A stretch of DNA of 64,000 bases from Carcharhinus longimanus (lineage: Eukaryota): the NCBI GenBank assembly GCA_030264375.1, contig JASCQW010000043.1, forward strand, positions 69,240,748 through 69,304,747, given 5' to 3'. Below the pieces are notes generated by a model, which was not told the DNA's origin, ran no database searches, and saw nothing but the letters and a program-made list of their open reading frames with translations. Below are positions 52,650 through 64,000 of the stretch, one piece after another (position 1 is the first letter of the stretch; the number at the start of each line of letters is the position of its first letter). The translations under genes and the position numbers were made by a program.

Positions 52650-54570
52650 CTGGGATGTGGGCATCACTGGCTAGGCCAGTATGTATTGCCCATCCCTAAT
52701 TGCTTTTGGAGAGGTGGTGGTGAGTTGCCTTCTTGAACTGTTGCCGTCCATGTGGTATAGATACACCCACTGTGCATTAGGAGGGGGGTTCCATGATCTT
52801 AACCCTGTGACAGTGAAGGAATGGTGATATATTTCCAAATCAGGATGATAAGTGACTTGGAAGGGAACTTCCAGATGGTATTATTTCTACTTGTCTGTTG
52901 CCTTTGTCCTTATAGATGGTAGTGGATTTGAGTTTGGAAGGTGCTGCTGAAGGAGCCTTGTTAAGTTTGTGTAGTGCATCTAGTAGATGGTGCATACTGC
53001 AGCCACTGTGCATTGGTAATGGAGGAAATGGATATTTGTGGATGGGGTGCCAATCAGCTAGGCCGTTTTGTCCTCAATAATGTTAGCCTTCTTGGGTATT
53101 GTTGGAACTGCACTCATCTGGGCAAGTAGACTGTGTTCCATCACATTCCTGACTTGTGCCTTGTAGATGGTGAATAGGCTTGGGAATCAGGAAATGAGCC
53201 GCAGGACCTTTAGACTCTGACCTGCTCTTGTAGCCAGAGTATTAATAGGGCTGGTCCATTTCAGTCTAGTCAATGATAACACCCGGGATGATGTTAGTGG
53301 CAGATTAAGCAATGGTAATGTAATTGAATGTCAAGGGGTGATGGTTAGATTCTCTTTTGTTGGAGATGGTCATTGCCTGGTACTTGTGTGATGTGAATGT
53401 TACTTGTCACTTGCCAGTCTGTTGTCCAGGTCTTGCTGCATATTGCACGGACTGCTTCAGTACCTGAGGATTGGCGAATGCTGCTAAACACTGTGCAATC
53501 ATCAGTAAACATACTCAATTCTGACCATATCATGAAAGGAAGGTCATTGATGAAGCAGTTTAAGATGGTTGGGCAGAAGATTCTACCCTGAGGAACTCCA
53601 GCAATGGTGCCCTGGAGTTGAGCTAATTGACTCCAACAATGTCAGTCGTCTTCCTTTGCATCAAGTATGACTTCAACCAGTGGAGAGCTTCCCTCTTGAT
53701 TCCGGTTTCATAGGGGTCCTTAATACCACACTCAGGCAAATGCCTCTATGTCAAAGGCAGTCACTCTCCCCTCACCTCTGAAGTTCAGCTCTTTTGTCCA
53801 CATTTGAACCAAGGCTGTAATGAGCTCAGGAGCTGAGTGACCTTGACAAAATCCAAATTGGGTGTCCATGAGTAAATGCCGCTTGGTCACTGTTGATGAC
53901 CACTTCCATCACTTTACTTATGATCAAACAGCTTGGTTAGGGGCATGACAAGTTCTATTGCACAAGTCNNNNNNNNNNNNNNNNNNNNNNNNNNNNNNNN
54001 NNNNNNNNNNNNNNNNNNNNNNNNNNNNNNNNNNNNNNNNNNNNNNNNNNNNNNNNNNNNNNNNNNNNCTGAGAAACTGCCGCTTGACTGCACGGTTGAT
54101 GACCCCTTCCATCACTTTACTAATGATTGAGGGTAGACTGATGGGGCAGTAATTAGTCAAGTTAAATTTGTCCTGTTTCTTGTGTATAGGACATACCTGG
54201 ATAAAGTTCCATATTTCATGGTAGATGCCAGTGGAACAGCTTGGCTGGGGGTATTGTAAGTTCTGGAGCACAAGTCTTCAGTACTATAGCTGGAATATTG
54301 TTGGACTCAGCCTTTGCAGTAAACTTGTGCCATCAGCTGTTCCACGATTTCACATGGAGCAGATCAAATTGTCTGTATCATGGACAGATGCATGTGTGCA
54401 TCTGCTAAAGGCAGATTGATGAAGATGAGGTCAAGCACATGAAACATCAATTTCTTATTGGTTGTCTCACCACCTGCCACAGATGCAGTTTAGTAGCTAT
54501 TTCCTTTTGGACTTGGCCAGATCAGTCAGTAAAGGTGCTACCCAATCACTCTTGAAGTACCCCCCCACCC

Positions 54571-54601
<31 letters not shown>

Positions 54602-54700
54602 CGTTCTGCACTCTTGCCACTTTCAGTGCTTCCTTCAAGTGGTGTTCAACATGGAGGAGTACTAATTCATCAGCTGAAGGGGGGGACAGTACGTAATAAT
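52650..54700 (-). mobile_element. CR1-like LINE (RT and 3' end); probably two copies joined across the 53969-54068 gap
   Basis: ORFs SELSMFTDDCTVFSSI and VCPIHKKQDKFNLTNYCPISLPSIISKVMEGVIN; 3' tail at ~52650. Confidence 0.8.
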
Positions 54701-55439
54701 CCCCAGGACTCTTAGGGGGAATCATCCAACTACAGCCTGGCTAATACCCCTTGGGGCTCAAAGTGCCAGGCCAGGGCATCAATGGCAGCGTGTCAGGGAG
54801 CAATGCACCTTTGGCACTGGCAAAGCACATGGTCTGAAGGGGATCCTGAGTGGGTGTCTGAGAAGGGCTGAGTGCAAGTCTGAGGGGAGAGATGGGCAGA
54901 TTGGGTATCTGAGGAGGAGGGTAGCTGAGGGGGGAAGTCAGGACACAATGACTTGGTGTGGGTGGGTGTTTGTCCATTATTTGAGAGCTGGAGAGGAGAA
55001 TGCTTCTCTTTGCTGAGGGGTTGGTGGTGTTCCCTTGACCCTCATGAATCCAACACACCAGGTCAACGATCTGAGGTCCTGTACCAAAGCCCATCTGGTG
55101 CAGATCCCGCTGGGGAGACGGGTGAATAGCGGGAAGGAATTGAATCGGACTTCAAGCCTACTAATCATAAAAGTGCATTTGAATATCTATCAGGTTCCCA
55201 CATGCTCTGGCAGGAATCCAATCAGGGCAGTCTGGCTGATCAGGAGCATCAGAATGGGTTTGGCGACCAGCGCAAAACCTATTTTTCAGCTGACGTCTGA
55301 CTCTCTAGGTAATTGTGCTTCTCGCTGGGAGCAAGTGACCTCAGAAAATCATGGCTATGGTGTACTTGATACAGTGTCATGTGAAAGGTTACAACACATT
55401 ATAAGAGCAGATGATTTGGGGGTCACATTTAACTGTAAG

Positions 55440-56600
55440 GGCACGATATTTGGTTAGTAAGAGGGAGAAGAGACTGGGGGTTTGGACTGGGAAACTAACA
55501 AGTGAAGTACCACAGAGATCAATGCCAGTTCTTCCGCTATTTACAATTTATATCAATGACTTGAATGAAGGGGATGAATGTATAATGGCTAAATTTGCTG
55601 ATGACATCAAAATAGATAGGAAAGTAAGCCATCAAGAGGATGTAAAGAGCCTGCCTAGTTATGTGGATAGGTGTTGTATGGGCACAGGGTTTTCAGTTAG
55701 AGAATAATATGGGAAAGTGTGACAGGAAGAATAGAAAAGCAGTATATTATTTAAATGGAGAGAGATTGCAGAACTCTATGATGTAGAGGGATCTGTGTGT
55801 CCTGATACATGCATCACATAGGATGGGATTTTCCGGCCACACTTGCCCCAAAACTAGAAAATCTCACCTGAGGTCGATGGACCTTTGCATTGGCCGCCCC
55901 CTGCTGCTACAATTCCCGTGGTGGGCAGAACAGGAAAATTCCCTCCAAAATGTTTGTTTACAGATACACCTATGAAGGAAAATGCCAAATTGGCATTTTT
56001 TGCAAGGGGAATGGAATGTAAAAGTCAGAGAGTTTTACTACAGTTGTACAGGATCTTGGCGAGACCGCATCCAGAATACTATGTAAATTTGGTCTCCTTA
56101 CTCAAAAAAGGATATATTTACAGCGGAAGCAGTTCGGAGAAGGTTCACTCAACTTGTTCCTGGATGAAGGGCATACTTTATGAAAAAAGTTTGAACAGGT
56201 TGGATCTTTACACATTGGAGTTTAGAGGAAGAGGTAATCTTATTGAAACATCTATGATTCTGAGGCGCTTGAAAGGGTGGATACGGGAAGGATGTTTTCA
56301 CTTCTGGGAGAGACTAGAACGAGGGACACAATTTAAAAATAAGATGAGATGGGACAATTTTTTTTCTCTTAGAAGGCGAATAGAATATGGAATTTTCTTG
56401 CCTAGTAAGCAGTGTTGACTGGATCATTGAATCTTTTCAAGGCAGAGTTAGATAGATTTTTCGTAGAGAAGGGAGTCAACACTTACAGGGAGCAGATAGG
56501 AATGTGGAGTTGTGTCCACAACCAGATCAGTCAATGATCTTTTTGAATGGTAGAGCAGGCCCGAAGGGCTGAGTGATCTATTCCTGCTTCCATTCCTATG
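55440..56600 (+). mobile_element. CR1 LINE 3' half with a nested MITE at 55821-55946
   Basis: TSEVPQRSM..LFTIYINDL..AKFADDIKI and LQLYRILARPHPEYY; nested element bounded by ggatgggattttcc and ggaaaattccctcc. Confidence 0.88.
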
Positions 56601-59600
56601 TTTTACAGCTGAATGGATGAAGGCATGTGATAAAAAGGGTAGTAATGTGAAATGTACAAAAACAAAAGGTGGCTCTAGCTGCAAATTGGTAGTAGCAGAA
56701 TCATTACCAGTAGCTGCTCTCTGAAAAAGTGTGAGCAGTAGTTATGATCCAAATGTTGAATCCAGCTTCCACTGACAACAGCGGGATCAGATAAGCTAAG
56801 GAATGAGTCAGTAGGATTGATAAATGGCGGGCCATTGATGACAGAGACTAAACTAAATGTTGAATGAACAGTTGATTAAGTGTAATCCAGTCTTGACTTT
56901 GATTCTTGGGATTGGAAATATTGTTTTAAAATGAAAAACTGCAACTTGCCATTACTTATTAACATTTGGAGTGCCACATTTAGAATATCGCCAAGACTAT
57001 TAATTTAGCGGTACCACAACTCAAAATGATCAAAAGCAAAATGTAGGAACAAATTCCATCCAATATATAATATAAATATTGTTCAGTGCAAGCAATTTCA
57101 AATATGTCATTTAACTGATATCTTTCTTATTTTAAAGTATGTAAATAATACTGGTGATGCACTTGGGTAATTATAATTTTAAAACATCTGAAACACAATG
57201 AGCTGAAATACAGCAATATTTGAAGAGCAAAGCACTAATCATTAAACAAGCAAGGGTGCAAGGTATGACTTACCCTTCAGCGGTGGCCTTTTGTATAAGA
57301 CTAAGTTTTGTGGATCTTGGGAAGCTACTGATCTTATGACATTTCAGTTCCATTAAAATTCAGATTCTGTTAAAGAATGTAAATGTTAACATCTCTTCTG
57401 CAGACACATGTAAATGTTATTATTTCTTTCATCTGTCAGGAGGGAAGTGTACATGAACACTTACATGACATTGTTCACAGTTACTCCAGAGCAGTGTATG
57501 AATTGAAGACATTATTGTTATGGTGTAATTTGAGGTTCTTTTACAACTGGCTGGATTTACATAGGGATTTAGACTAGCAAACAAAAGTTTCACAGGAACT
57601 ATAATGCAAACATTTAATGTGAAACTGGATTACCGACTGGCTGCCACATTTCACTCTCTACCAATCCCATTTACACCAACTGTCAAAATGGTTTCCATAT
57701 GCATTAGAAAAATGACTGTCTGTTTATTTTAGTGTCTGCAGTAACAAAGTGCAGTTGAAGGCTGGAAGTAAGATTCAGCATATACAGAATGGATTTCGAT
57801 ACATCACAAAGCTAGGTGTCCAGGTGTTACGATGTGTATTTGTTTGAACTGTGTGAGATTTCCAAGCTGGTTAAGTGCAAATCTTTTCTGATCTGAAAGT
57901 TACACAAAATATTCAATTATAAGAAAAGAAAAAAACGTCAGCGTAAAATTCCCAACTGGATTGGAGATTTAATTTTAATTAGATTGAATAGGGCCCTTTT
58001 CTGTACTTTGTGTAATGACACCTTTTGCAAACAATTTGGTGATAGTGAGTAAGTGACCACCTTGTGAACGCTTTGCCTAATCATGTATTTTGGATTGAAC
58101 TTAATGGGCAACAGAAAATGGCACAAAGTCTAATCTTTAATATTAATGACTCATTAACATTCCACTTGTCAAAACTGCACAATTCTACTCCCATAATTTC
58201 ATTAATTAAATCATTTTTACTTTTTAGTTAAATCATCCTATCCACCACCTTAAAATGTTCACTCTGCCACTGTTGCTGTGTGGACCATTTACAAGATGCA
58301 CTGAATTCAGCAACTTGCCAACATTCTGTTGACAGTACCTTTCAAGCCGGTGACCTCTACTATCAGGTCAACTGTTGCTCAGTTGCTCTGTGCATGCTTT
58401 GGTCAGTGGAGGGTGTTGTGACTGCATGAAGTTCTCGACTTAGCCTGAAACCTACCTTAAAATTTTGAATATGCCTATCAGATATCTTCTCCACCTCTTA
58501 GATGTAGTTTCTCTGAGCTGTCCTGCCACCATATGCCCTTTCTCCCTGGTATATAGGGAGTAGGGAATTTTCTGCGGTCAGTGAATCATTAGCTGGATGG
58601 GGTTCATTTTAACTCATTACCAAAAAACTAGATTAGAATGAATTCCTTTTTACACAGAGGATGAGTGCTTGGCCAGTTATAATGGTGGAAGCAAAAATTC
58701 TGAATCAGTTTTAAAAGCAAATTGCATAAATATAGGAAAAATGTATTATTTTACAGATGTGGCGAAGAATAAAAGAATGAGATTAAGTGGTAGTCTTTAA
58801 TTAATGAGTGAAGAGTTTGCTTTTATGAAGTATAATTCAATAATTGTGTGCTATAAATACAAAGCTGAGCACATCATTGTGGTGATTGTGCTTCTGTTTT
58901 GGTGTAGGATAGCCTCATGTTCATCTAGGGATATGATAGTTACTAGGTAAAAAGTAAATTCATTCTTCCTTTCCTAATCACAATATGCCAGTTTAACATT
59001 GATTGTAAAAGAAGATTGCTCCCTGAGTTATATGCATTCACAAAACATCCTCTTTACCTCTCAGACTACTCAAACTAGTCTCAAAGCAATTCTTTCCTGT
59101 TGTGTTATATCTTGGTTTCGTGGGTAGACTTTCTTTTTTGAATGTCTGAAAACTTCTGGAATGAACAGTTTCAATATTTATTGAAACCATTTCTTATAAT
59201 CAAAAGAGCCCAGCAAATGAATATTAACTGCCAATGCATCAAAATATTTTGTTCAGTTTTTAAAATAAATAGTACCGTTCAGCTAATGTGAAGAGAATTT
59301 CACAGTAGTCTTTGTCAATTCTTAAATGTGAGAAGATAAAATCATTACTTAACATCATTTGATCACCGTGAGATTACTTTGAGAGTACTCCTGAGCACAG
59401 GAATGACCAGAATCCATGTAAATCAGATGGTAGGAATTACAAAATCTCTTCTATCTACTCATTCATCCAGCTAGATGTATCATGATATCTTTGACAAACT
59501 GGAACAATTCCCTAGTAAATGTCTTCCGACTGAGCTTTGCAAAAAGGCAATCAGCAGGTTCATGTATCACGTTGTGAGTAATAACAATTAAACATAGAAA

Positions 59601-61904
59601 CTAATTAAAGACTGTGATCTGGGGTTGCATGGTAATATGGAATCCACCATAAAGCTTTCCTAGCTTCATGAATTAAGGAAAATAAATAGTAAATGATATG
59701 ACTGAGTGGCTCATCTCTTTCAGATGCTTTTTTAATGTATGATTTTAAAACAATGTCCTCACGTTATTTTTGATCATAAATGTATNNNNNNNNNNNNNNN
59801 NNNNNNNNNNNNNNNNNNNNNNNNNNNNNNNNNNNNNNNNNNNNNNNNNNNNNNNNNNNNNNNNNNNNNNNNNNNNNNNNNNNNNTTTTAATGTATGATT
59901 TTAAAACAATGTGCTCACGTTATTTTTGATCATAAATGTATGATGATGTTTTCTTCCTAATTACAGTCCCAAGTACCATTTCTAACAGGTGACACTTGTG
60001 CTCTCTTTCCGTCCCCCCCAGCTGTTCTTGTGATCTGCAAAAGGTACAGTTCAGCCTTGTATTTGCATCCGTTTGCTGATCTGGCACCAGCTCTAGCACT
60101 CCTCCCATCAGTCTGCCGTTCTCATCATTAAGCCAACTTCTGCTGCTTTCTGAGGCTGTTTCCTTCAGTCTTCAATGTCACATTTCCCCTTTCCCTCCTC
60201 CTCCATTCCTAATCATTGTTGCTCAATTGCTCCAAACCTCAAGGGCAATACTTAAATTCATTTAGCTGGTGTTGTTGACTTGATTTGTGTTATGATCGTT
60301 GGTCAGACCTCCAACAGGCAAGCTGCAGTTGAACACATCACATTGCACAATAAATGGCAAACGAGACCAAAACAGATTCCATGGATTTCCGAACAACTCA
60401 TCCAGACATCCATAATACTGTGAGTCAAACAACGTGATTGAAAATTTGGACAACATTTTCTGTGCAACCTGCTGCTGTTTCATGGTGATAGAGGAAGCCC
60501 CAGTTGGCCAGCACCAGGATCCTTTGGTTCTGTCATTATCAATGGGGTTTCCCATTGAATGCACCCCTCATCGCTGGTAAACCTGTGGCTGGGGAATGCT
60601 GTCAGCAGGACTGGAAAATACCGTTGGCACGAATGATGGGAGAATTCTGACCTTTGTCTTTCTTGCAAGGGTTTCAAAGAACAAAGAACAAAATCAGCCC
60701 GGGAAACAGGCCCTTCGGCCCAACGAGCCTGCGCCGCCATCTCAATACCACCAGTCCCCCTCTCCCCCCACGACCCCTGTCTAATGTTTTATGGCCATCC
60801 AGATTGAGGGAAACTGATTTAGGNNNNNNNNNNNNNNNNNNNNNNNNNNNNNNNNNNNNNNNNNNNNNNNNNNNNNNNNNNNNNNNNNNNNNNNNNNNNN
60901 NNNNNNNNNNNNNNNNNNNNNNNAGTATCTTGTCCAGTTTAGGCACACACTAACGACATGAAGCACTAGGCCAATCCTGAACAACCAAGAGCAGCCCCAG
61001 CACGACCCATCGTGTGTATGCCCCTCATTGGACACGAGGTGGACCGACTTAAAACCTGTGAATGGAATTCTCTCCAAAGGTTGTTCCAACTCAGATGGCC
61101 TCAATGGTGGTCTATCTTGCAGGATTTCAAAGTTGCCTTCTGAGATCCTGTTCCTTTGGATTCCCAAGTACACTCAAAAAGGCAACTCACAAACACAATT
61201 TCAACTCTCTGGCTGTGCCAAACAGAACATCTCGGCTCCAAAGAAGGACCATTGTTCCAATGGTCCACAGCATGGAGTCCCAAACTTATGTTGCCATCTT
61301 GGATCTTCAGGGTTTCTCTTTATTCCTCTTCAATTGACAGACTCCGCCTTGGCAACAACAATGGCCCATCTCTAGTGTTTCAATCTCATCTCCTCAGATT
61401 CTGTTCCTTTGGATTCCTGAGTAGGCACCCAAGCATCAAGTTACAGGCACAATTTCAGATCTTAGGCCACAAGTGGAACATTTCTGCTCCAAAGTGGTAC
61501 CTTTGGCCCAGTTGCCCTCTTCAATCACCAGAGTTTCTCCTGAGTTCTCTTTACTTAAAGTATGCTCCCTGCAGCCCTTTCTGTAATTTGTAGCCTGTTT
61601 CTCTGCTCCTTTGAATTTAACTGGGGCCTGTTTTTGTTCCTGACTTTGCCCCTTATCTGGCCCTTCCTTTATGGGTTCTCTTCCATCCTCTTTCTTCTGT
61701 TTGAGACCTATTCCTGTCCCTGTCCCTTGTCCCTTACCTGAGACACTTGCTGGCTATGGCACTCCACCTCTACTCACCTGACAAGTGATTTTTCTTATAC
61801 CTTTCTTATTTCCTTTATCCACAGGCACATGGGACTTGTCTGAGGACTGAAGAATATAAATATGTGGAACTGTGCATGTATTGCCTGCTTCTGGCTAGTG
61901 CATG

Positions 61905-62090
61905 CATTTTGCATGGCCAATCCATCTAGCCTGCACATCTTCAGACTGTGGGAGGAAACTGGACTACCCAGAGGAAACCCAGTCAGACAGAGGGAGAATG
62001 CACAAAATACACACAGTCACCGAAAGCCAAATTGAACCTGGATCCCTGACAATGTCACAGCAGTGCTAACCACAGTGCACCGTACTGCCC
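61905..62090 (-). mobile_element. tRNA-derived SINE, 5' half
   Basis: Same head and central domain as the other copies (gcactgtggttagcactgctg..ggttcaattt on the reverse strand). Confidence 0.8.
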
Positions 62091-63189
62091 CAAGCGTGAT
62101 CTGCAGAGGTGTGGTCCCACTCCTCGTCAGCAAGCTCAAGGGCTCACCCCTTGAAAGGGGTAAGGGTCTTGAGATTTGGCATCACTCTGGCTGGTTGGGC
62201 CTGCTCACACCAGTTGCACTTGAGTTGGTCCTGCAATGAGATAGATGGGGAGAATGTAGGCAAGAATCATGCCAGATCAGATGGCAAAGTATTCAGGTAT
62301 ACATGGTGAGGAGGGGGGGGTGCGGTGTGTGAGTAGAAGCAGGGGTGTGAGGATCAGAGTAGATACTGGGAGGATTATGGGGAGGGGAGGGCAGCGTAGC
62401 CAATGCTGAGACCCCACAAGATGACTGGGAGTGAGATCACTGTGGAGGTGTATACTGTGTGTTAAGGGATGCTGTGCGAGACATGAGGAGGCAGACATAA
62501 NNNNNNNNNNNNNNNNNNNNNNNNNNNNNNNNNNNNNNNNNNNNNNNNNNNNNNNNNNNNNNNNNNNNNNNNNNNNNNNNNNNNNNNNNNNNNNNNNNNN
62601 ACATGCCCATTGCAAGCTTTATTGCAATTAATGCACTTCTTTCAATCAATTGGTGTGATTGCCTTTAAATGGTGTAGACCAAAGGCACAATTATAACTGT
62701 CTAGGTTGGTATAAATGTTGCAACCTAGTCAAATACGATAAATTGTTTTTCCTTTTTAAAGAAAAGATTTTTTTTTTTATTTGGGAAATGAGCCCATTCT
62801 CAAAGATCTTAAATGCATTAAGTGTCAAAGGACTCAGTCACCATTTGCACTTGAACACTGCCTTTTGACAGCCTCTTGATCTTTTCTACACTTGAGATTG
62901 TGCAGACCACCTTGCTGAATATGAGATAATTACACCTCTGCACCTTCAACCCTCAACAATCCTGGTGGCAACTTTTCCAGAGGGAATCATTGAAACTAAG
63001 CAAGGGATTGATCTCCGTGATCTATATTTGGATGAGCATTTGAAACATCATAACGTTCAACAATATTGGACAAATGCAAGAAAATGGGATGAGTGTGCCT
63101 TTCGTGGTAATTATTGTCGGTGCAGACCAGATGGGCCCAAGGGTCTTTTCTGCCCTCTGTGAATCTGTCTAATCTTCCATCGTGCTAAT

Positions 63190-64000
63190 AGGTATGCTGG
63201 TCACTGATTTGTTTAATTGTGCCATGTTGGACAGTGGTTGCGACTTTGCAATATGTGGAACCTTAGGTTCCATCAGTAGTAAGGATTATGTTGAAGTGAC
63301 CAGCTATTTTGGGTGCAGATGACAAACATTAAAGCCATTGAAAAGAGCATGATTCCACATTAAAATAGCTGGAGTAAACCACTTCGTTAACACAGGAGTA
63401 GTACCTAGTCAGATATTCTTGCTGTTAAGCAAGCCATCCACCAAAAAGGCGCCAGTGAAATTAAACATGGAACATCATTATGGTAGCTGTCTTTGTAAGG
63501 TCAGTAGATTTGCAATTTACTCAATCAGGACATTATTACATCCCTTTAACAAAACCTACCATCTCATTGAGGATATTAGAAAAGTATCAATGCATCAGGT
63601 GATAGGAATTTGAGAGAAGAAAAGCAATTTTTCTCATCCCTTTTGCCATAGATTCAAAATCCTACTAAAAGATGCAAGGGTACTTAATGAGTATGTAATG
63701 CTTAGAGGACATCAACACTGCCTACTGTAAGCTTTCTATTAAGCTTGAGACTAATGAAATAGTAGCAATGGCTTTAAAGTTGTGAACTACAGATAAAAAT
63801 ATCTTTTATTTCGCAATTCATAGACATGGCAGCAAGATTCAGTCTGTCTACAGTAACACATGGCAAAGGCAAAAGAGTGACTGTGGCTAAAGTCGTGGTC
63901 AAGACAAAAGAGTAATTGTGGATAAAATCATGGCAAAATTGATGGGGACTAGACCGGGGGCCCCAGCTAAAGTCCTATCTGACAATGGGGGATTATTTGC
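63190..64000 (+). mobile_element. LTR retrotransposon pol relic with protease directly followed by integrase (Copia-type order), truncated by the window end
   Basis: FNCAMLDSGC..ICG (~63212), FTQSGHYYIPL, KILLKDA, NEIVAMALK, FIDMAARFS and KVLSDNGG.F (~63969). Confidence 0.7.

Noticed and set aside
59729-59941. ~56-bp direct repeat on both sides of a 100-N gap
   Set aside because: Copies differ by one base (gtcctc/gtgctc); most likely overlapping contig ends from two haplotypes, not a real duplication.

Overview
Eukaryotic, AT-rich, repeat-dense vertebrate DNA with many N gaps. The repeat complement (V-SINE/HE1-like tRNA-SINEs, CR1, RTE, Penelope-like elements) points to a cartilaginous fish, probably a shark; this is inference. 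The only host gene is the 3' half of TLE4 (Groucho/TLE co-repressor, + strand). Nine coding exons with GT-AG boundaries lie between 1396 and the stop at 20972. One expected WD40 exon is not visible and probably lies in an N gap. The remaining ~43 kb is gene-free: transposon relics plus several non-repetitive, motif-dense blocks that may be enhancers. Most notable: (1) several very short Penelope-like insertions with target-site duplications, inverted arms and decayed minimal hammerhead-ribozyme motifs; (2) a TLE4 exon that starts with a perfect donor consensus (AG|GTAAGT), a candidate recursive-splicing exon; (3) a three-level nested transposon in a TLE4 intron; (4) a Copia-order LTR relic. 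I found no convincing wholly new gene system. Transposon family names come from recalled motifs, not database searches, and repeat boundaries are approximate.
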